A DNA stretch of 64,000 nucleotides from an uncultured Verrucomicrobiae bacterium (lineage in GTDB: Bacteria > Verrucomicrobiota > Verrucomicrobiia > Chthoniobacterales > UBA10450): positions 672,001 through 736,000 of the forward strand of contig CAWIBO010000005.1 in the NCBI GenBank assembly GCA_963834385.1, read 5' to 3'. This document shows, piece after piece, positions 1 through 10,227 of this stretch. Each line of letters opens with the position of its first letter. Position 1 is the first letter of the stretch. A program made the position numbers and the translations under genes. Under the pieces are notes generated by a model. The model saw only the letters and a program-made list of their open reading frames with translations, was not told the DNA's origin and did not search any database.

Positions 1-125
1 GGGGAATCGGGCCTGATTTTTCGAGGCGCGCCCCGCCCTCCGCGGGGCGCCCGGGGGGCCCCGCCTTTTCCGCCGCGCCCCGGCATTTGACGCTGCCCCT
101 TCTCTCCGCACATTAGGGGCCTTCC

Positions 126-199
126 GCGCCCGTAGCTCAACTGGATAGAGCATCTGACTACGGATCAGAAGGTTTGAGGTTCGAATCCTCACGGGCGCG
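126..199 (+). tRNA. tRNA-Arg (anticodon ACG), CCA not encoded
   Basis: Acceptor stem GCGCCCG/CGGGCGC, D arm TAGCTCAACTGGATAGAGC, anticodon arm TCTGA-CTACGGA-TCAGA, T loop GGTTCGAATCC. Confidence 0.97.
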
Positions 200-262
200 C
201 TTTTTCCCTCCTGCTTTCCCGCGGAAATGCGTTGCCGACCTGTCCGGCGAACGCAATGGTAA

Positions 263-1489
263 ATGTGCATGCTAGCGGAGCCCCCGGCAGAAACCCTGCA
301 GTTCGATACCATCGATGATGTCGTCGCCGATATTGCGGCCGGCCGCATCGTCATTGTCACGGACGACGCCGATCGCGAAAACGAGGGCGACCTCGTCATG
401 GCCGCGGAAAAGGCCACCCCGGCGGCGGTCAATTTCATGGCCACCCACGGCCGCGGGCTGATTTGCGTGCCGATCTCGAACGACCGGGCCGAGCAGCTCG
501 GCCTCAAGCGCATGGTCGCGCAAAATCGCGAGATGTACCGGACGGACTTCACCGTCTCGGTCGATGCCGCGCACGATATCACCACCGGCATCAGCGCCCA
601 CGATCGCGCCCGCACCATCACCACCATTGCCGACCCCGCTTCTTGCCCGGAGGATCTCGTCCAGCCCGGCCACATCTTTCCCCTGCGCGCCAAGGAAGGC
701 GGAGTTCTTCGCCGCGCCGGGCATACCGAGGCCGCCGTCGACCTGGCCCGCCTCGCCGGGCTGCAGCCGGCCGGGGTGCTTTGCGAGATCCTGCATCATG
801 ACGGCACCATGGCGCGACTGCCCGAGCTGATGGAATTCCGGCGCCAGCATGGCCTCCGCATCTGCACCATCCAGAGCCTGATCGCCCACCGCCGCGTGCG
901 CGAAAAACTGATCGAACGCGAGCAGGTGGTAAAACTGCCCACCGATTACGGGGACTTCGATCTGCATCTGTATCGCTCGAAGCTGGATGACTCCCACCAT
1001 CTCGCCCTCGTTCGCGGCACCATCAGGCCTGATCAGCCCACCCTCGTGCGGGTCCACAGCGAATGCCTCACCGGCGACGTCTTCGGATCGCGGCGCTGCG
1101 ACTGCGGCCACCAGTTGCACGCGGCCCTCCGCCAGATCGCCGAGGAAGGCGCGGGCGTGCTCGTTTACATGCGCCAGGAAGGCCGGGGCATCGGCCTGGC
1201 CGCCAAGATCCACGCCTACAAGCTCCAGGAGGAGGGACTCGACACGGTCGAGGCCAATGTCCGGCTCGGGTTCGCCGGCGATCTGCGCGATTACGGCATC
1301 GGCGCCCAGATTCTTTTCGACCTGGGCGTGCGCGATTTCCGGTTCCTGACCAATAATCCCCGGAAGGTGGTCGGACTGGAAGGTTACGGGATGCACATGA
1401 TCGAGCAGGTGCCGATCCGGAGCGAGGCGAACCCGCACAACGAGAAATATCTCGCCACCAAGAAACTTAAAATGGGGCACACGCTCTAG
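263..1489 (+). CDS. ribBA: bifunctional 3,4-dihydroxy-2-butanone-4-phosphate synthase / GTP cyclohydrolase II
   Basis: DRENEGD, RAGHTEA, RVHSECLTGD..RCDCG and RQEGRGIG motifs; start may be the ATG at 269. Confidence 0.96.
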   Translation: MCMLAEPPAETLQFDTIDDVVADIAAGRIVIVTDDADRENEGDLVMAAEKATPAAVNFMATHGRGLICVPISNDRAEQLGLKRMVAQNREMYRTDFTVSVDAAHDITTGISAHDRARTITTIADPASCPEDLVQPGHIFPLRAKEGGVLRRAGHTEAAVDLARLAGLQPAGVLCEILHHDGTMARLPELMEFRRQHGLRICTIQSLIAHRRVREKLIEREQVVKLPTDYGDFDLHLYRSKLDDSHHLALVRGTIRPDQPTLVRVHSECLTGDVFGSRRCDCGHQLHAALRQIAEEGAGVLVYMRQEGRGIGLAAKIHAYKLQEEGLDTVEANVRLGFAGDLRDYGIGAQILFDLGVRDFRFLTNNPRKVVGLEGYGMHMIEQVPIRSEANPHNEKYLATKKLKMGHTL

Positions 1490-1510
1490 GCCGGACCGCG
1501 CGCGCCTCTC

Positions 1511-1993
1511 ATGCAGACACCCCACGCGATTCCGCCCCGTCCCCGCCAGTTCGGCGGCAAACGCACCATCACCATCGTGGCCAGCCAGTTCAACCCGCTC
1601 TATGTCCAGGGCCTGGTCAATCACGTTGCCCAGGAACTGCGCGCGCTCGTCCCTTCCGTTGTCCTCCATTTGCACCAGGTCCCCGGCGCCTTCGAGATTC
1701 CCGTGGTCGTCCGCGAAGTGGCCCTGCAGAAAAAAGTCGACGCCATTGTCGCCGTCGGCGTCATTCTCCAGGGACGCACCAGCCATGCGGAACATCTCAC
1801 CCGCACCGTGACCGACGCCCTCCAGCACATCGCCATCGAGCACGGCATCCCCGTGGTCAATGCCGTTCTCGCCTGTGATAATGAGGAACAGGCCCGCGAG
1901 CGCTGCCTCGAAGAGGAAATCAATCGCGGCACCGAGGCGGCCCGGGCCGCCGTCGCCGTCACCGACGCCATTGTCGAGTTGAGGGAGAGATAG
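1511..1993 (+). CDS. ribH: 6,7-dimethyl-8-ribityllumazine synthase
   Basis: VASQFN, VPGAFEIP and GRTSH motifs; sits between ribBA and nusB. Confidence 0.92.
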   Translation: MQTPHAIPPRPRQFGGKRTITIVASQFNPLYVQGLVNHVAQELRALVPSVVLHLHQVPGAFEIPVVVREVALQKKVDAIVAVGVILQGRTSHAEHLTRTVTDALQHIAIEHGIPVVNAVLACDNEEQARERCLEEEINRGTEAARAAVAVTDAIVELRER

Positions 1994-2461
1994 ATGGGGA
2001 AACGCCGTTTGGCCCGGCAGGCCGCCGTGCAATACCATTTCTGGCGCGACGTCCAGGGCGGCGCCGCGCCGGATAAAATGGAGGAATTCTGGGAATTCTG
2101 CCCGGCCACCCCGCGGGTGCGGGAATTCGCCCAGCCGCTCATCGATGGGATGGAAAGCCACCTCCGCGAAATCGACGATCGCATCCGCAAGTACGCGGAG
2201 AACTTCGAGTTTCGCCGCATTTCGCCGGTCGATCGCAACGTTCTCCGGCTCGCCATCTACGAAATGCTTTTCCGCGATGACATCCCGCCGGTCGTTTCCA
2301 TCAACGAAGCCATCGAGCTGGCCAAGATGTACGGCGGCGCCGATTCCGGACGGTTCGTCAACGGCATCCTCGACCGGGTTAAGGACGACCTGCAGCGGCC
2401 GCTCCGCCAGGCCGCAGCCTCCCCGGCCGAGCCCGGGACACGGGACCCGTCCGAGCCATGA
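1994..2461 (+). CDS. nusB: transcription antitermination factor NusB
   Basis: RRLARQAAVQ, DRNVLRLAIYE, VSINEAIELAK and FVNGILD motifs. Confidence 0.96.
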   Translation: MGKRRLARQAAVQYHFWRDVQGGAAPDKMEEFWEFCPATPRVREFAQPLIDGMESHLREIDDRIRKYAENFEFRRISPVDRNVLRLAIYEMLFRDDIPPVVSINEAIELAKMYGGADSGRFVNGILDRVKDDLQRPLRQAAASPAEPGTRDPSEP

Positions 2462-3306
2462 GATTTTTTCAGGCCCTCGTCCAGAAGTTCGCGGGCAGGC
2501 CGGTCGACTGGGATGAGCTGGAGGAAAGCCTGATCCGGTCTGACATCGGGGTTCCGATGACGCTGCGCATCGTCAAGGCGCTGCAGGCGCGCGCGGCCAC
2601 CACGAAGATCACGGCGGACGACGTCCTGGAGGTGGCGCGCGAGGAGATCGGGCGTGTCCTCCCGCTTTCTCCCCCGCCGCTTCGTCCGCTGCCGGCAAAG
2701 CCGAAGGCCATCCTGATCGTGGGAGTAAACGGCACCGGCAAGACGACGTCCACGGCCAAGCTGGCCCATTACTTCAGGCAAAAACGGCACTCTGTCCTTC
2801 TTGCCGCCGCCGACACCTTTCGCGCCGCGGCCATCGAGCAGCTCGGCGTCTGGGGCGAACGCCTCGGGGTCGAGGTGATCAAGAGCCAGTACAACGCTGA
2901 TCCCGCCGCGCTCTGCTATGAAGCCTATCAGGCGGCGGACAAGCGCCGGGTCGAGTTTCTTCTCTGCGACACGGCTGGCCGGCTGCATACGAAATCGAAC
3001 CTCATGGCGGAGCTGGAGAAGGTGAAACGCAGCCTGGCCAAGCATGATCCCGCGGCCCCGCACGAGGTCTTCCTCGTGGTCGATGCCACGACCGGGAGCA
3101 ACGCGCTCGCCCAGGCCCGCGAGTTTCACCAGGCCGCGGGCGTCACCGGTCTCATCGTGACCAAGATCGACGGGAGCGGAAAAGGGGGCGTCGTCATCGC
3201 CATCCAGGATGAACTTGGCATCCCGACGCGCTTCGTCGGTACCGGTGAAAAAGTGGAGGACTTTGCGCCCTTCGACGGGCGCGCCTTCATCGAGCAGATG
3301 GTCTAA
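2458..3306 (+). CDS. ftsY: signal recognition particle receptor FtsY (NG domain only)
   Basis: [21 protein letters not shown] and [13 protein letters not shown]-GTPase motifs. Confidence 0.95.
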   Translation: MRFFQALVQKFAGRPVDWDELEESLIRSDIGVPMTLRIVKALQARAATTKITADDVLEVAREEIGRVLPLSPPPLRPLPAKPKAILIVGVNGTGKTTSTAKLAHYFRQKRHSVLLAAADTFRAAAIEQLGVWGERLGVEVIKSQYNADPAALCYEAYQAADKRRVEFLLCDTAGRLHTKSNLMAELEKVKRSLAKHDPAAPHEVFLVVDATTGSNALAQAREFHQAAGVTGLIVTKIDGSGKGGVVIAIQDELGIPTRFVGTGEKVEDFAPFDGRAFIEQMV

Positions 3307-3310
3307 GCAG

Positions 3311-4228
3311 ATGTGGCGCTTCGTCGTGGTGCGAATCTTCCAGGCGGCGCTCGTGCTGCTCGCCGTGGTCACGATCACCTTCTTCATGGTCCGATTCGCG
3401 CCGGGCGGGCCGTTTGACGCGGAGAAGACGACGACGCCGGAGATTCGGGCCGCGCTCGAGGCGCACTACGGGATGGACCAGCCGCTCCCGGTTCAATACG
3501 CCCATTATCTGGCCGACCTTTTGCGTGGCGATCTGGGTCCTTCTTTCCGATATCCCAACCGGACGGTGAACGAACTCATTGGCGAGTCTTTCCCCATCTC
3601 GGCCGAACTCGGTTTCTGGGCGCTCCTGGTCGCCCTGGCCCTCGGGCTTCCCGCCGGGATCATCTCCTCGCTCCGCCCAAACACACTCACCGACTATGTT
3701 CCGAATTCGCTGGCCATCGCCGGCATCTGCGTGCCCGCCTTCGTCCTCGGACCCCTGCTCGTGCTCGTTTTTGCCCTCCGCCTCGAGTGGGTCCGGGTCT
3801 CAGGCTGGGAGGATGGCCTCGACCGCGTTCTGCCCGCCCTTACCCTCGGGGCCGTTTACGCCGCCTACATCGCGCGCCTGACGCGCGGCGGCATGCTCGA
3901 GATTCTTTCCCAGGATTTCATTCGCACCGCCCGGGCGAAAGGCGCCTCGGAATCGCGGATCATCCTGCGGCACGCCCTCCGCGGCGGCCTGCTTCCGGTG
4001 GTGAGCTACCTCGGACCGGCGGCCGCCGGCATCGTCACCGGGTCGTTCGTGGTCGAGACGATCTTTCAAATTCCGGGTCTCGGCCGCTATTTCGTCAACG
4101 CCGCTTTTAATCGCGATTACACGCTCGTGGGCGGGGCGGTCTTCTTCTACGCCGCGCTCATCATCCTCTTTAATCTCATCGTCGATATCATCCTCGTGAA
4201 GATGAATCCGCGCCTGAAATACGAATGA
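3311..4228 (+). CDS. oppB: oligopeptide ABC transporter permease OppB
   Basis: APGGPF, GDLGPS and RTARAKG..RHALR (EAA loop); ATG at 3311. Confidence 0.9.
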   Translation: MWRFVVVRIFQAALVLLAVVTITFFMVRFAPGGPFDAEKTTTPEIRAALEAHYGMDQPLPVQYAHYLADLLRGDLGPSFRYPNRTVNELIGESFPISAELGFWALLVALALGLPAGIISSLRPNTLTDYVPNSLAIAGICVPAFVLGPLLVLVFALRLEWVRVSGWEDGLDRVLPALTLGAVYAAYIARLTRGGMLEILSQDFIRTARAKGASESRIILRHALRGGLLPVVSYLGPAAAGIVTGSFVVETIFQIPGLGRYFVNAAFNRDYTLVGGAVFFYAALIILFNLIVDIILVKMNPRLKYE

Positions 4229-5137
4229 GACGCCCGCTCCCTCCCGTTCCTCTCGAATCCCCGCCGGCCGCGCCGGCGGAGACGGCGCGGAACAGTTCTC
4301 TCTGGCGCGATGCCTTCCGCCGCCTGTCCCGGAACAAGGTGGCGTTGACCAGCGCGTTTCTGCTTCTCCTCATCATCGGGGCCGCCTTTCTCGGCCCGTT
4401 TCTCCTGACCCAATCCTACGAAACCCAGGATCTCCAGCTCGGCGCGGCCGGTCCTTCTCCGGCGCACTGGCTGGGAACGGACACGCTCGGCCGCGATCTC
4501 TTCGTCCGCATTCTCTACGGAGGCCGCATCTCCATCGCCGTTGGTCTTTGCGCCACCGCGGTTGCGCTCGTCATCGGCGTTCTTTACGGCGCCACCTCCG
4601 GTTTCCTCGGCGGACGCATCGATGCCGCCATGATGCGGATCGTCGATACGATCTATGCCCTGCCCTTCACCGTTTTCGTCATTCTTCTCATGGTCCTCTT
4701 CGGGCGGCGCTTCGTTCTTCTTTTCGTCGCCATCGGCGCCGTGCAGTGGCTCACCATGGCCCGCATCGTGCGCGGCCAGGTCCTTTCGCTGCGCCGGCAG
4801 GAGTTTGTCGAGGCGGCCGAGGCGCTCGGTCTCTCCCGGGTGCGAATCATTCTACGCCATATCATTCCCAACACGCTGGGACCGATCATCGTTTACGCCA
4901 CCCTCACCATCCCCAGCGTCATGCTCCTGGAAGCTTTCATGAGCTTTCTCGGCCTTGGCGTGCCGCCTCCCATGAGCTCGTGGGGCGTCCTGATCAAGGA
5001 AGGAGCCGACAGCATGGAGGAGTTTCCCGTGGCTCCTGCTTTATCCCGGCCTGATTTTTGCCGTCACGCTTTTCTCCCTCAACGCCCTGGGCGACGGCCT
5101 GCGCGACGCTCTTGATCCCCGCGCGGGCAAGGATTGA
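4225..5137 (+). pseudogene. oppC: oligopeptide ABC transporter permease OppC, frameshifted near 5026-5028 (possible sequencing error)
   Basis: HWLGTDTLGRD and EFVEAAEALG motifs; removing one C from TTTCCCGTGG restores the typical C-terminus PWLLLYPG..NALGDGLRDALDPR, ending at TGA 5135-5137. Confidence 0.85.
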
Positions 5138-5138
5138 G

Positions 5139-6197
5139 ATGGACGCTCCCGGCAACAGCGCGCAGGCGCACGGTCCCCTTCTCGAGGTTGAAGACCTGCG
5201 CACCACCTTTCACACCCGCGCCGGCGTCGTCCGGGCGGTGGATGGCGTCTCGTTCTCCGTCGCCCCGGGCGAAACCGTCGGCCTTGTCGGCGAATCCGGC
5301 TCCGGTAAATCAGTCGCCTGTTACTCTCTGCTCCGCCTGATCCCCTGCCCGCCGGGACGGCTCGAGGGCGGGCGCGCGCTCTTTGAGGGACACGACCTGC
5401 TCACCTGCCCGGAACGGGAACTCCGCCGCATTCGCGGCCATCGCATCAGCATGATCTTCCAGGACCCGATGACGTCGCTCAATCCCTACCTGCGCATCGA
5501 CCGGCAGCTGATTGAGCCTTTGCAGATTCACCACGCCGTGCCCCGAAAGGAGGCGTGCCGGCGCGGCCTGGAAGCCTTGCGCGAAGTGGGAATCGCGGAA
5601 CCGGAGAAACGGATGCGCTCGTATCCCCACGAACTTTCGGGCGGAATGCGGCAACGGGTCATGATCGCAATGGCTTTGCTGACGCGGCCGGCGCTCCTCA
5701 TTGCCGACGAACCGACCACCGCCCTCGATGTCACGGTCCAGGCCCAGATCCTCGATCTCATGGCAGCAATGCAACGCGAGCTCGGCACCGCCGTGATTTT
5801 TATCACCCACGACGTGGGCATCGTCGCCTCCTTTTGCGACCGCGTCCTCGTCATGTACGCCGGCCGCATCGTGGAATCGGGCCCGACCCCCGCCCTCTTC
5901 GCCGCTCCGAAACACCCCTACAATCAGGCGCTGCAGCGGGCCATGCCCGCGCTCCACCGTCGCGGGGCCGAGCTTTACACCATCCCTGGGGCGCCTCCCG
6001 ATCCGACCGCGCCGCCGGCCGGTTGCCCTTTCGCCCCGCGTTGCGATTATGCCGCGGAAAAATGTTTCAACACCCCGGTCTCCCTCCGTGAGGTTGCGCC
6101 CGGGCACGCTTCCGCCTGTCTTCGCGTCCAGTTGGGCGAAATCTCCCTGGACCCGGTCGTGGACAAAGCGAATGCCCGGCCCTCCCCGGTGGCGTAG
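5139..6197 (+). CDS. oppD: oligopeptide ABC transporter ATP-binding protein OppD
   Basis: [24 protein letters not shown] and C-terminal [11 protein letters not shown] at 5139. Confidence 0.92.
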   Translation: MDAPGNSAQAHGPLLEVEDLRTTFHTRAGVVRAVDGVSFSVAPGETVGLVGESGSGKSVACYSLLRLIPCPPGRLEGGRALFEGHDLLTCPERELRRIRGHRISMIFQDPMTSLNPYLRIDRQLIEPLQIHHAVPRKEACRRGLEALREVGIAEPEKRMRSYPHELSGGMRQRVMIAMALLTRPALLIADEPTTALDVTVQAQILDLMAAMQRELGTAVIFITHDVGIVASFCDRVLVMYAGRIVESGPTPALFAAPKHPYNQALQRAMPALHRRGAELYTIPGAPPDPTAPPAGCPFAPRCDYAAEKCFNTPVSLREVAPGHASACLRVQLGEISLDPVVDKANARPSPVA

Positions 6198-6208
6198 GTT
6201 TCCCGCGC

Positions 6209-6661
6209 ATGGAAAACAAAAAACCATTCGATGAAGAGGAGCTGCGCCGGCGGCTGACGCCCGAGCAGTATCGCGTCACCCGGCAGAACGGCACCGAACC
6301 TCCTTTCCGAAACGAGTTCTGGGACAATCACCGCGAAGGTCTTTACGTCGACGTCATCAGCGGCAAACCGCTTTTCAGTTCCCGCGACAAGTTCGACAGC
6401 GGCTGCGGCTGGCCAAGTTTCAGCCGGCCGGTCGACGCGAATGCCGTGGCCGAGAAGGTCGATCAAACCCACGGCATGATCCGGACCGAGGTCCGTTCGA
6501 CCGACGCTGATGCCCACCTCGGGCATGTTTTCGACGACGGACCAAAACCCGCGGGGCTGCGCTACTGCATCAACTCGGCCTCGCTCCGCTTTGTCCCGGT
6601 GGAAAAGCTCGAGGAAGAGGGCTACGGCGAGTTTCGTTCCCTGTTCGCGCCCCAGACCTGA
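6209..6661 (+). CDS. msrB: peptide-methionine (R)-S-oxide reductase
   Basis: [23 protein letters not shown] and RYCINS motifs. Confidence 0.97.
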   Translation: MENKKPFDEEELRRRLTPEQYRVTRQNGTEPPFRNEFWDNHREGLYVDVISGKPLFSSRDKFDSGCGWPSFSRPVDANAVAEKVDQTHGMIRTEVRSTDADAHLGHVFDDGPKPAGLRYCINSASLRFVPVEKLEEEGYGEFRSLFAPQT

Positions 6662-6662
6662 C

Positions 6663-7667
6663 GTGACGTCGCCCTTTCTTTGCGTCCGCGACCTGAAGAC
6701 GCATTTCCCGTTGCCCAAGCCTCTTTTTTCGCGTGGGCCCGGGGCGCTGGTGCGGGCCGTCGATGGGGTGAGCTTCGAACTTCAAGCCGGCGAGGTGCTC
6801 GGCCTGGTGGGCGAATCCGGCTGCGGCAAATCGACCCTGGGGCGGTCCATCCTCCAGTTGGTCCGCCCGACCGCCGGTGATGTCATCCTGGAGGGTCGTC
6901 ATCTCAACCGGCTGGCCGCGGCCGAACTCCGCCGCGCCCGCTCCGGGTTCCAGATGATTTTTCAGGATCCGTACGCCTCGCTCAACCCGCGCATGACCGT
7001 CTTCGAGACCCTCGCGGAGGCGATGCGCGCGCATCGCCGGCCTCCCCGCGGAGAGTTGCGCCCGCGCGTGCGCGAGCTCATGGGGCGGGTCGGCCTCAGC
7101 CCGGCCGCGATGAACAAGTATCCGCACGAGTTCTCGGGCGGCCAGCGACAGCGCATCGCCATCGCCCGCGCGCTCGCGGTGGAACCGAAACTGATCATTG
7201 CCGATGAACCGGTCTCCGCCCTCGATGTTTCCATCCAGGCGCAGATCATCAATCTTCTCGCCCGTTTGCGCGCGGAAATGGGCCTGACCCTGATCTTCAT
7301 CTCCCACGACCTTTCCGTGGTGAAACATCTCTCCGATCGGGTCGCGGTGATGTATCTCGGCCGGATCGTCGAGCTGGGCGCGGCCGCGGAGGTGCTCAGC
7401 CGGCCGCTGCATCCCTACACCCGCGCGCTGGTTGAGGCGATCCCGGTGCCCGATCCGGCGGCGCGCGGTCGACGCCGGGAGACGGTGCCTGCCGGTGATC
7501 CGCCGTCGCCCGTTCACCCGCCGCCAGGATGCCCATTTCATCCCCGCTGCCCTTTTGCCGTCGAGGCCTGCCGCGCCGTCGTCCCGCCGCTTGTTGATTG
7601 GGGCGATCAACATTTTGCCGCCTGCATTCGCGTCCCTGAGATCCGGGAAATGGAGAGACCGGGGTGA
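6663..7667 (+). CDS. oppF: oligopeptide ABC transporter ATP-binding protein OppF
   Basis: [28 protein letters not shown] and [11 protein letters not shown] start at 6663 inferred. Confidence 0.9.
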   Translation: MTSPFLCVRDLKTHFPLPKPLFSRGPGALVRAVDGVSFELQAGEVLGLVGESGCGKSTLGRSILQLVRPTAGDVILEGRHLNRLAAAELRRARSGFQMIFQDPYASLNPRMTVFETLAEAMRAHRRPPRGELRPRVRELMGRVGLSPAAMNKYPHEFSGGQRQRIAIARALAVEPKLIIADEPVSALDVSIQAQIINLLARLRAEMGLTLIFISHDLSVVKHLSDRVAVMYLGRIVELGAAAEVLSRPLHPYTRALVEAIPVPDPAARGRRRETVPAGDPPSPVHPPPGCPFHPRCPFAVEACRAVVPPLVDWGDQHFAACIRVPEIREMERPG

Positions 7668-8605
7668 GCGGGCCCGGCTCGTCGCCGCGGGACGAACGCT
7701 CGGCCCTCATCGCGGGCCTGGCCGCCTTCAGTTTCTGGGGGATCGTTCCGGTCTACTGGAAGCTGCTTGTCCCGGTGCCGGTCACGGAAATCCTGGCGCA
7801 TCGTTTCCTTTGGACCGCTCTCTTCCTGATTGTCTGGCTGACCTGGCAGCAACGCTGGGCCGAGGTGCAGGCCGTGCTCCGCTCGCGGCGCGCCCTGATT
7901 TTTTGCCTGAGCAGCGGCGTTGCCATCGCCCTGAACTGGGGCGTGTTCATCTGGGCCGTCAATATCGGGCGGGTCATTGAAACCAGCCTTGGCTATTTCA
8001 TCACCCCGTTGGTCAACGTTCTCCTCGGCGCCCTTTTCCTGCGCGAACGTCTCACCCGCTGGCAGTTGATCGCCGTCTCCCTCGCCGCCGGCGGCGTCCT
8101 GTATCTGACCTTCGGCTACGGCCGTTTTCCCTGGATCGCTCTCGTCCTCGCGGCCAGCTTCGGTCTTTACGGTCTTCTTCGGAAACAATCCCGCACCGCC
8201 CCGATTCCCGGCCTTTTCATCGAGACGCTTCTCCTCGTGCCGGTCGCGCTGGTCTGGCTCGCTTTTCTCTCGGGCAGCGGGCGGCTGTTCTTCGGCGGGG
8301 CCCATCCTGGCCTCTCGGCGATCCTGATCAGCACCGGCCTCGTCACCGGCCTGCCTTTGGTCTGGTTCGGCCACGCGGCGCGTCATCTCCGCCTCACCAC
8401 CATCGGCTTCTTCCAGTACATCGCCCCGTCCTGCACCTTTCTCCTGGGCGTTTTCCTTTACCACGAACCATTCACCACCGGGCACCTGGTCACTTTCGGC
8501 CTGATCTGGCTGGCCCTCGCCCTTTTCACCTGGGACGCGCTCGCGGCCTGGCGTTCGCGCGCACGCTCCCGCGCCGATGCGCTCCTCGCGGAGCGGCCGG
8601 TCTGA
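7664..8605 (+). CDS. rarD: EamA/DMT family transporter RarD
   Basis: EILAHR, ETSLGYFITPLVNVLLG and GFFQYIAP motifs; about 10 hydrophobic segments. Confidence 0.9.
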   Translation: MSGPGSSPRDERSALIAGLAAFSFWGIVPVYWKLLVPVPVTEILAHRFLWTALFLIVWLTWQQRWAEVQAVLRSRRALIFCLSSGVAIALNWGVFIWAVNIGRVIETSLGYFITPLVNVLLGALFLRERLTRWQLIAVSLAAGGVLYLTFGYGRFPWIALVLAASFGLYGLLRKQSRTAPIPGLFIETLLLVPVALVWLAFLSGSGRLFFGGAHPGLSAILISTGLVTGLPLVWFGHAARHLRLTTIGFFQYIAPSCTFLLGVFLYHEPFTTGHLVTFGLIWLALALFTWDALAAWRSRARSRADALLAERPV

Positions 8606-8649
8606 TCGCTGCATTTACGCCACCCGCCAGCCGCGTAGGTTATGAGGAC

Positions 8650-9174
8650 ATGTGGAGCGAGGACAATTTCCAGTACGCGGTCGAGAACACGGAGGTGATC
8701 GTGGCGCCCGAACGCCAGATCGAGACTTTTGGGACAACCAGCTTTCGTTTTCACCTGATCTCGGAGCAAATGGACCGGGCCAACATGATCCGGGTGCGCG
8801 ATGGCCGAATCGAGGCGGAAAGGCCGCAACTGGTCACGCCGGAACATTTGCAGCGGATCATGCTCGAGGGCTTCGGGGACAAGGCGGCGCGCTATCTCGA
8901 GCAGGTCGGCGACCGGCTTCGGCGAATCGCCGTGCTCAAATACGGTTTCCAGTTTCGCAAAAGCGAGGTCACCGAGAACGTGGTCCATGATTCCATCGCC
9001 TCGGTCGTGGCCCGGACCAAGGCCTCCGTGCAAAACTCGCGCGAGCCGCGCAGCGCCGTCATCCGCGGGGTGGATGATGCCTGGGAAGTGTGCCTGCTCA
9101 AGTTCACCATTGATCTCATCGAGCGCTCCTCCGGGGATAACCTGGGAGATTTCCGCCGTCGCGGACTGATCTGA
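8650..9174 (+). CDS. conserved hypothetical protein
   Basis: Protein-like composition and coding-style codon usage; fills the gap between rarD and the next gene. Confidence 0.75.
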   Translation: MWSEDNFQYAVENTEVIVAPERQIETFGTTSFRFHLISEQMDRANMIRVRDGRIEAERPQLVTPEHLQRIMLEGFGDKAARYLEQVGDRLRRIAVLKYGFQFRKSEVTENVVHDSIASVVARTKASVQNSREPRSAVIRGVDDAWEVCLLKFTIDLIERSSGDNLGDFRRRGLI

Positions 9175-9218
9175 CCTCGAAGCGTGACAGGGGCCGCCCC
9201 GGTGTTACGCTGCGCGCA

Positions 9219-10226
9219 ATGGCTGCGGCCGACCTGGCAACACTGAGCGACGAGGCCCTGCTCGATCGCCGTATCTCCACCCTCGGTTTGCAGCTTGAAG
9301 GCACGGCGCTCGAGCCTCTCGTCCAGCAGCTTTACCACGAGCTTTCCGCCCGCGGCCTTTCCTATCATCCCCCCACCCACCTCGGCGACGAATGGTTCGT
9401 CCCCGTCGGCCTGCCGGTCATTTTCGTTCCGTTCTTTCTCGCGCATGATCGTCTCCGCGCCCTGGAGCGCAAGATGATGCTCGAAGTGGAAGGCGAAACG
9501 CCGGAATGGTTCCTGAAGCTGATGCGCCACGAGTCGGCCCACGCCTACAGCTACGCCTACCAGTTGCACCGGAAGAAGAGCTGGCAGCGCGTCTTTGGTC
9601 AGACGTCGGACGAGGAAACGCCAAGCTTCTACCGGCCCCGTCCTTTTAGCCGGAGCTATGTCACCCACCTCGACGACTGGTATGCCCAGTCGCATCCGGA
9701 CGAGGATTTCGCCGAAACGTTTGCCGTCTGGCTGACGCCGGAGCTGGACTGGCGCAAACGTTACGCCGGCTGGAAGGCGCTCCAGAAGCTCGAGTTCGTG
9801 GACGAACTGATGCGGGAGGTGGGCCAGAAACCGCCGGTGCATGCTCCACCCTATCGCGCCGCCGACTACAACTTCCTTAACATCAAGCTCAAGACTTACT
9901 ACGCCCGGAAACGAAAGCTCTTCGAGGATACCTACCCGGATTTTTACGATGCCGATCTCCGCCAGCTCTTTTCCGCGTCCGCCGGCATCACCGCCGGCTC
10001 CTACCTGCGCCGACGCCGGCGGCGCCTTCTCAATGCCATTTGCCAGTGGACCAACGAGAAAAAGTTCCGGGTGAACAAGCTTCTGGCCCGCCTGATCGAC
10101 CGGTGCGATCAACTCGGCCTGCGCGTCCCGAACGATGATCCGCAGCAGGATTTCCGCGTCTCGGCCTTCATCACCACCCTCGTCATGAATTACCTCTTCA
10201 CCGGCAAGTTCAAGCGCACCAAGTAA
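9219..10226 (+). CDS. putative zinc-binding metallopeptidase (zincin)
   Basis: HExxH (RHESAH) plus downstream YAQSHPDEDFAETF third-ligand motif. Confidence 0.8.
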   Translation: MAAADLATLSDEALLDRRISTLGLQLEGTALEPLVQQLYHELSARGLSYHPPTHLGDEWFVPVGLPVIFVPFFLAHDRLRALERKMMLEVEGETPEWFLKLMRHESAHAYSYAYQLHRKKSWQRVFGQTSDEETPSFYRPRPFSRSYVTHLDDWYAQSHPDEDFAETFAVWLTPELDWRKRYAGWKALQKLEFVDELMREVGQKPPVHAPPYRAADYNFLNIKLKTYYARKRKLFEDTYPDFYDADLRQLFSASAGITAGSYLRRRRRRLLNAICQWTNEKKFRVNKLLARLIDRCDQLGLRVPNDDPQQDFRVSAFITTLVMNYLFTGKFKRTK

Positions 10227-10227
10227 C

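Noticed and set aside
200..262. FMN riboswitch upstream of ribBA
   Set aside because: Only about 63 nt separate the tRNA from the gene, and no RFN motifs are present.
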